Positions 7,986-11,792 of a stretch of 11,792 nt of DNA are shown one piece after another. The number at the start of each line of letters is the position of its first letter. The stretch's first letter is position 1. Origin of the DNA: Pseudobacteriovorax sp. (GTDB lineage Bacteria > Bdellovibrionota_B > Oligoflexia > Oligoflexales > Oligoflexaceae); NCBI GenBank assembly GCA_050293845.1, contig JBNKNM010000179.1, forward strand, positions 1 through 11,792, written 5' to 3'. The notes beneath the pieces were generated by a model. The model saw nothing but the letters and a program-made list of their open reading frames with translations. It searched no databases and was not told where the DNA came from. Both the position numbers and the translations under genes were made by a program.

Positions 7986-8346
7986 GCAGTTCTGATGCGG
8001 CGCTATCCTATGTCATATAGTCATAAAATTCAAGGAAATTCATATCTTTCGCTGATTATTTTTGCTAATTCTTTGGCATACTTTAGATTTCTACTTTAAA
8101 CAGCACGCTGTGAAGCGCAAGACTTCGAGCCAAACGGACAGAAAACAAAGGTTAGATTTACCAAGAATTGCTAGACCCTTTAAAAGGCTCCTTGAGTTCA
8201 AGTTCATTCTGACATATCAAAAGGGACGACACTATGAATTTCAGTTAATTTTTTGTCAAAATCGTGGCATTGGATGGAGTACTATTGCCATGAGAAATTA
8301 TATGGACCATGTTTTGATTGGTTAAACCTCCCATAAAGAGAGTAAA

Positions 8347-9291
8347 ATGCATACTAACTTGCTATTAAGTTTAATCTTGTTTGGAACCTTGCTTTCCGGT
8401 TGCGTGGCCCAACTTGCAGATTTGTCCGTAAAACTAGAAAGATGGCGAAGTGATTTAAATTTGAAAACTGTTAATTTAGACGCACTTACCATCACCTATC
8501 TAGAAGGCGGGAATGGGCCAACTGTTTTAATGATCCACGGTTTTGGGGGAGATAAAGATCATTGGACTCGTATGTCTCGCTATCTTACTGCGGGCTTCCA
8601 CGTGATTGCCATAGACGTTCCTGGGTTCGGGGAAAGTAGCCGTATCGATGGTCTTGCTTACAATTCCGGAGCTCAAGCAGAGCGTATTGAAAAATTCAGA
8701 GATCGTCTTGGCATCGAATCTATGCACCTTATTGGGAATTCCATGGGAGGCATGATTGCAACAGCTTATGCTCACCGTTTTCCTCAGCATACCCAGAGTT
8801 TAACTCTCCTGGATAGTGGGGGTATTCACAGCCCAGATCCAAGTGATTTACACTATGAACTGGAGTCCGGACGAAACCCGTTATTGATTGAAAAAAGGCA
8901 AGATCTGGATACTCTGATAAGCTTTTCGTTTGTCAATCCTCCTTACATTCCCAGTCCTATTTTGGATGTGTTTTATGAGCGAAGTGCTCAGTATCGGAAA
9001 TGGAATAGTGAAATATTTAAAGAAATTTCTGACGAAGGCGCTGTTGTACAGAAGGCCCTACCTAGCATGACTAGCCCACTTCTCGTTATTTGGGGCAAAA
9101 ACGATCGCATCCTAGACGTTTCAGCCACCCAAGTCATAGCAGAAATCCGCAAGGATGCGAAGATACATATACTGGATCAATGTGGACACGCTCCGATGCT
9201 AGAAAAGCCAGAGACAACCGCAAAGATATTCGTTAATTTCGTAAAAGCTATCAAAATTGCGGTCAAAAGCGATACAGATAAAGCGATTTAA
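8347..9291 (+). CDS. Alpha/beta-fold hydrolase (family V lipase/esterase-like), putative lipoprotein
   Basis: Lipobox LSGC (Cys19), oxyanion motif IHGFGG, DVPGFGES, nucleophile elbow GNSMGG, catalytic Asp in WGKNDRIL and His in CGHAPMLE. Confidence 0.93.
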   Translation: MHTNLLLSLILFGTLLSGCVAQLADLSVKLERWRSDLNLKTVNLDALTITYLEGGNGPTVLMIHGFGGDKDHWTRMSRYLTAGFHVIAIDVPGFGESSRIDGLAYNSGAQAERIEKFRDRLGIESMHLIGNSMGGMIATAYAHRFPQHTQSLTLLDSGGIHSPDPSDLHYELESGRNPLLIEKRQDLDTLISFSFVNPPYIPSPILDVFYERSAQYRKWNSEIFKEISDEGAVVQKALPSMTSPLLVIWGKNDRILDVSATQVIAEIRKDAKIHILDQCGHAPMLEKPETTAKIFVNFVKAIKIAVKSDTDKAI

Positions 9292-9326
9292 CTAAGTTTA
9301 TTGAATCAAAGTTACAGGAACAGACT

Positions 9327-10004
9327 ATGTCCCCCTCCCTAAGAACCATTGGAACAAATATATGGGTAGCCGAGAGTCCCCTGAGATTTCTAGGCCTTGA
9401 GCTTGGTACTAAAATGACAGTTATTAAACAGAGTTCAGGACTGTTACTCCATTCACCCATAAAACCAACCCCAAGCTTAGCGAAACAAATCGCGGAAATC
9501 GGAGATGTTGCGAGTATCATCGCCCCCAATAAACTGCATCACCTTTTTGCTGGTGACCTTCACAAACTATTTCCCAACAGCAAGCTATACGGTGCATCTG
9601 GACTTGCAAAAAAAAGACCCGACTTAAAAATTGAGGCTGAAATGGACATGAACTTTAAGCCTAACTGGTCGGATGTTGAGTTCCATATCATCAAGGGTAT
9701 GCGTTATGTAAATGAGGTAGTGTTCTATCACAAAATCTCGAAAACCTTGATTCTTACAGATATTGGCTTCAATTTGGGAGATGACAAGCCCCTTATGACT
9801 AGACTATTCGGGAGGATGATTGGGATTTACAAAAAATTTGGTTGCCCCCCAGAGATTAAATATGGACTAGTTAGTGATCGCCAGCTATTTCTGAAATCAA
9901 TTCAACGCATTTTAGAGTGGGACTTTGATCAAATTGTTATGGCTCATGGCAATATTGTCGCCCAAAATGGTAGGAAAATCTTTGCAAAAGCGTTCAACTG
10001 GTAA
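9327..10004 (+). CDS. DUF4336 domain-containing protein (metallo-beta-lactamase-like fold)
   Basis: Family-typical motifs KMTVIK..SGLLLHSP, IIAPNKLHHLF, EVVFYHKISKTLILTD and WDFDQIVMAHG. AGGA SD upstream. It starts 35 nt after the hydrolase, so the two are probably co-transcribed. Confidence 0.88.
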   Translation: MSPSLRTIGTNIWVAESPLRFLGLELGTKMTVIKQSSGLLLHSPIKPTPSLAKQIAEIGDVASIIAPNKLHHLFAGDLHKLFPNSKLYGASGLAKKRPDLKIEAEMDMNFKPNWSDVEFHIIKGMRYVNEVVFYHKISKTLILTDIGFNLGDDKPLMTRLFGRMIGIYKKFGCPPEIKYGLVSDRQLFLKSIQRILEWDFDQIVMAHGNIVAQNGRKIFAKAFNW

Positions 10005-10080
10005 CTCACAGCTTGCTATCGATGATAGTGTGCTATTTTCGAGGGAAAATTTTGATATATTTTCGAGCTTCTTATTTTAT

Positions 10081-10103
10081 AGATCAACATCTGATGTTGA
10101 TCT
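10081..10103. repeat. Perfect 23-bp palindrome AGATCAACATC-T-GATGTTGATCT
   Basis: 11-bp arms that are exact reverse complements around one central base. Confidence 0.85.
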
Positions 10104-10141
10104 TATATCATAGTATATTTTTGCAAAGTCCTGAGTTACAT

Positions 10142-10312
10142 TTAGTGGTTGACCATTAACTGTTTTTGAAAATGTAAAAATGAGTAAGCTCCAACTCCAA
10201 GATCCCATGGCTTATAACCATGAATACTTGTGTGAATTGCAATTTTGTTGTCTTTAGTTCTAGCTATAGTCACTGTACACCCTAACAGTAGTAAAACATA
10301 AAAATATTTCAC
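10142..10312 (-). pseudogene. 56-aa ORF with lipoprotein-like signal, likely the 5' part of a frameshifted gene
   Basis: GTG start gives MKYFYVLLLLGCTVTIARTKDNKIAIHTSIHGYKPWDLGVGAYSFLHFQKQLMVNH*. A shifted frame from the T-run near 10176-10180 continues FTFSKTVNGQPLNVTQDFAKIYYDIRSTSDVDL*. Confidence 0.4.
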
Positions 10313-10438
10313 GATTCTAGCCTATACTATCCTTGAACGATCATCACCAATGCCTTAAACCTGTTTCGAAGGGGACTTTGATATCAGAATCAATTGAAAC
10401 ACTTAATTTTCAAAAAATCCTCTTTCAATTTCTTCCTT

Positions 10439-10715
10439 TTATAAGAAATTAATTAACTGTGTGCTAGGAAAACGATATGGATAAACATCAAATAGTAGAA
10501 TAAAGGTTTTCCTGATTTCATTCGGCATTGATTTTTCTGTATACCGTACAGCAAACTTTATACTGCTTTCTTTATCAAATCTTTGAGAGCCCTTTATCGG
10601 AATTTTGATCGATATTGTTTTCTTTACCACAACTTAAGGTTGTAAGATTAGCAGTAGAAAATATTAACGTACTCTTTTTTATATCAGAAACTCTTACGAA
10701 AAGTTTTTTGTTCAA
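10439..10715 (-). pseudogene. Possible decayed lipoprotein gene
   Basis: Frame 10682..10575 reads (ATA)KKSTLIFSTANLTTLSCGKENNIDQNSDKGLSKI*, with LSC-GK resembling a lipobox and an alternative TTG start at 10715. It overlaps ORF 10439..10630 in another frame, consistent with a frameshift. Confidence 0.28.
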
Positions 10716-11322
10716 TCAGCCAGATTTACACTAAAACTAACGTGACTATAGCTATAATACAAACTGGACTCAAGTCAAAAATAATATTCATGAGCTACTT
10801 CATATATTAGGTAAACCTACAAGGTACACAATAATGATGCCATCTAAAAACCTAAAGTTAACATACTGATAACACTATATTTATCAAATATTCTGTCGAT
10901 AAAATTTCACTATTTTTTGATAAAAATTATACATCCAATTACGTTCCTGCATAAGTAACAATTTGAAATATTATTTCATTTTGTGTAACAGTGATTGGTC
11001 GTCACCTCATTGTGTTAATGACTATCTTAAGGGGGTCGTTTTACTGGTTGAACCAAAAGAAAAAATTCTGATAACCATCCCTTTTCGATAGTTATTTACT
11101 TACCCAAAGAATTAGCAACAAGAGAAGAATCTCTAGCTACACTTCAGATATCGAACTAATAAATTCAATCCGAAAAACCTTAATATTCTAAGAAAATAGA
11201 TGTTCGAGTATTATGCCTTTGCTCGACACTATAAATATCGGTAGTAATTTATAAGCAAATAGAGTAAAAACTGAGGCTGATTGGGTAATGCTATATTATA
11301 TGCTTAAGTTGAGACTAAAAAC

Positions 11323-11792
11323 ATGAACGAATCCCTGAAAGATCAAATCATGCTGCACGGGATCATACTCGTCTGGGGATACACTGGGATCATTGGTCGA
11401 TGGTCCACTTTAGATGCAGATCAATTGGTTTTTATACGCATGGCTGCAGCTTTTTTTGTAATAGCAATTGTTTTAGGTAAAAAAATCCTGCGAGTGCCAC
11501 CGTTGTTCGCTTTCAAATTTCTAGGTGTCGGGATGATTATTGCAGCGCATTGGGTTAGTTTTTTCGCTGCAATCGATACATCTAAAGTATCCTTGGCTCT
11601 TGCTTGTATGGCATCAGTCTCCGTTTTTGCGGCGTTTCTGGAGCCCCTTTTTTACAAGAGAGCCATAGCTATAGAAGAAGTCATAGCGAGTGTCGTAGCC
11701 CTTGGTGGCGTGGCTATGATTTTTGGATTCACCTCAGGCTACGAATTAGGTATAGCCTTGGCATTAATGTCCTCGGCACTGGCTGCACTCTT
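11323..11792 (+). CDS. EamA/DMT-family transporter, 5' part (runs off the window)
   Basis: Hand translation, open to the window end: MNESLKDQIMLHGIILVWGYTGIIGRWSTLDADQLVFIRMAAAFFVIAIVLG...GMIIAAHWVSFFAAIDTSKVSLALACMASVSVFAAFLEPLFYKR...GIALALMSSALAAL. Multiple TM helices and the EamA-typical HW..FF.AI and LEPLF motifs. Absent from the ORF track because no stop lies in the window. Confidence 0.92.
   Translation, partial: MNESLKDQIMLHGIILVWGYTGIIGRWSTLDADQLVFIRMAAAFFVIAIVLGKKILRVPPLFAFKFLGVGMIIAAHWVSFFAAIDTSKVSLALACMASVSVFAAFLEPLFYKRAIAIEEVIASVVALGGVAMIFGFTSGYELGIALALMSSALAAL

Noticed and set aside
7984..8000. CCGCA/TGCGG hairpin overlapping two bases of the WD40 gene SD (possible translational control)
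   Set aside because: Only a 5-bp stem; not distinguishable from chance without probing data.
7746..8325. ORFs 7746..7937 and 8062..8325
   Set aside because: The first is antisense to the WD40 gene. The second has a TTG start, no SD or motif, and occupies the divergent promoter region.
8527..10113. ORFs 8527..8790, 9263..9529 and 9925..10113
   Set aside because: Shadow or overlapping frames of the hydrolase and DUF4336 genes.
10760..11322. Weak hairpins (around 11017-11042 and 11204-11226) and sigma70-like boxes upstream of the EamA gene
   Set aside because: The stems rely on G-U pairs or long loops, -10/-35-like hexamers are common in AT-rich DNA, and no riboswitch consensus was recognised.

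Overview
Bacterial chromosomal window made of an intact core flanked by two AT-rich zones of gene decay. The lineage cannot be established from sequence alone; the many lipoproteins and the Ig+WD40 architecture would fit Oligoflexia/Bdellovibrionota, but this is only an inference. Core genes: a KefB/KefC-type K+ efflux antiporter (-), a 1020-aa lipoprotein with Ig-like and beta-propeller regions (-), a divergent lipoprotein alpha/beta hydrolase plus DUF4336 pair (+), and the 5' part of an EamA/DMT transporter that the ORF track missed. Left zone (1-2965): an ATP-grasp ligase split by a single in-frame TAG, an unannotated IS1182-like transposase relic, a nested four-copy inverted-repeat element sitting where that transposase breaks off, a 5'-truncated DUF285/BspA-like repeat gene, and a 12-codon ORF with a textbook Shine-Dalgarno. 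Right zone (10005-11322): a perfect 23-bp palindrome, a long-range 13-bp inverted repeat and two probable decayed lipoprotein genes. I see no complete novel multi-gene system. The best candidates for undescribed biology are the nested repeat element and the lipoprotein that appears to carry the C-terminal module of STAND-WD40 proteins without an NTPase.
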